A DNA stretch of 64,000 nt, from positions 32,001 to 96,000 of IMG/VR virus record IMGVR_UViG_3300021511_000005; one strand, written 5' to 3'. The stretch comes from a virus. The translations under genes and the position numbers were made by a program. The notes under the pieces were generated by a model. That model did no database searches and was not told where the DNA came from. It was given only the letters and a program-made list of their open reading frames with translations. Within the stretch, counting starts at the first letter, position 1. Each line of letters opens with the position of its first letter. Below, piece by piece: positions 63,228-64,000 of the stretch.

Positions 63228-63473
63228 ATGAAGATCCGCGTGGAGGCGGAGCCCGGCGAGCTGCAGGAGCGGCTGGGCGATGCGATCAAGGTCCTGCAGA
63301 CGCTGTCCTTGGAGAAGGCGCTGCCCGGGATCCCGGATACGCATACCGACCAGGAGCCGCGGCCGCTGGATTACGAGGTTCTGCAGGCCGCGGTGGTCCG
63401 AGCGAACCAGCGCCAGGTCGTCCGCATCAAGCGAGCGCTGGACAAGCGGGTCGCGCAGATCCTGAAGGGGTAG
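63228..63473 (+). CDS. hypothetical head-region protein
   Basis: MKIRVEAEPGEL...; contains LEKA. Confidence 0.6.
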   Translation: MKIRVEAEPGELQERLGDAIKVLQTLSLEKALPGIPDTHTDQEPRPLDYEVLQAAVVRANQRQVVRIKRALDKRVAQILKG

Positions 63474-63476
63474 CTC

Positions 63477-64000
63477 TTGGCCCTGTTGACACCAGAACAG
63501 CTGGAGCAGCTGCGGCGCGCCATTCAAGACGCATCGACCGCCGTGGCAATCTCCACCGTGGGCCACACGGTCACGGATGACGAGCTGCAGCGGCTGGTGG
63601 ACGAGGGCTGGGTGGATCCCGATAAGGTAGACGACGTCGTCATGACGGGTTTCCAGTACGGTAATCTGTTGAGCCACCTTCCCCGGGCCGCGGACATGGG
63701 CCTGGGGGCCTTCATCAAGGAGATCCAGCGGAACCCGATCAAGCTGTCCGCCGCGGAACGCCAGGCCGTCCAGATCGCGAGGGACCGTGCTGGCCAATAC
63801 TGCGCGGGCCTGGGCTCGAGGTACAACGAAGAGATGGGCCGGATGGTGGTGGAGGCGGACGCCCAGCTGGCCAAGGTTACTCGAGAGTTGATTGCTGACG
63901 AGACCGCCAAGAACATCGCCACACGCGGGACGCGGAAGCAGCTGGGTCAAACCCTGGGCAAGTTGACCCGCGACTGGGCCCGCGACTGGCGCCGAATCGC
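63477..64000 (+). CDS. MuF/SPP1-gp7-like minor head protein (runs off the window end)
   Basis: Open from TTG 63477 to the end; 'LGKLTRDWARDWRRI' typical of this family; post-portal position. Confidence 0.65.
   Translation, partial: MALLTPEQLEQLRRAIQDASTAVAISTVGHTVTDDELQRLVDEGWVDPDKVDDVVMTGFQYGNLLSHLPRAADMGLGAFIKEIQRNPIKLSAAERQAVQIARDRAGQYCAGLGSRYNEEMGRMVVEADAQLAKVTRELIADETAKNIATRGTRKQLGQTLGKLTRDWARDWRRI

Noticed and set aside
1-64000. Host assignment and prophage status
   Set aside because: No integrase, att site or host genes in the window; high GC alone is not diagnostic

Overview
A 64-kb segment of a large, GC-rich tailed dsDNA phage (Caudoviricetes-type). The host cannot be assigned from the sequence. 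Every credible gene is on the + strand, tightly packed with ATGA/GTGA-type overlaps; the long minus-strand ORFs look like shadows of high GC3. Modules: (1) 1-19.8 kb, replication/recombination: Hfq/Sm-like protein, DnaB helicase, DnaG primase, sigma factor, UvsY-like protein, gp32-like SSB, RecA, family-A polymerase, SbcCD, resolvase-like nuclease and a ParB-methyltransferase fusion. (2) 19.8-33.3 kb, small accessory genes including a phage-encoded beta sliding clamp and a matrixin protease. (3) 33.4-46.7 kb, cassettes each headed by one of seven copies of a promoter/operator/stem-loop/RBS element, carrying candidate DNA-modification enzymes (two PAPS-reductase-like, a C5 methyltransferase, an XF1762/Mom-like GNAT). 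(4) 46.7-49.3 kb, lysis genes. (5) 49.3-64 kb, large terminase, two giant mosaic proteins, portal and a truncated MuF-like head protein. Top observations: a strong candidate programmed -1 frameshift at the SSB stop (C CCU UUC UAG, 7-nt spacer, strong stems) that would extend the SSB past its 'DVPF' tail with a Cys4 module; the seven-copy regulatory cassette; clamp-binding-like QxxLF motifs on modification enzymes and virion proteins; recurrent L-x-K-[AS] motifs suggesting polyprotein processing; and a TMEM65-like membrane domain inside a giant head-region protein. All family calls come from motif recognition by eye, not database searches.
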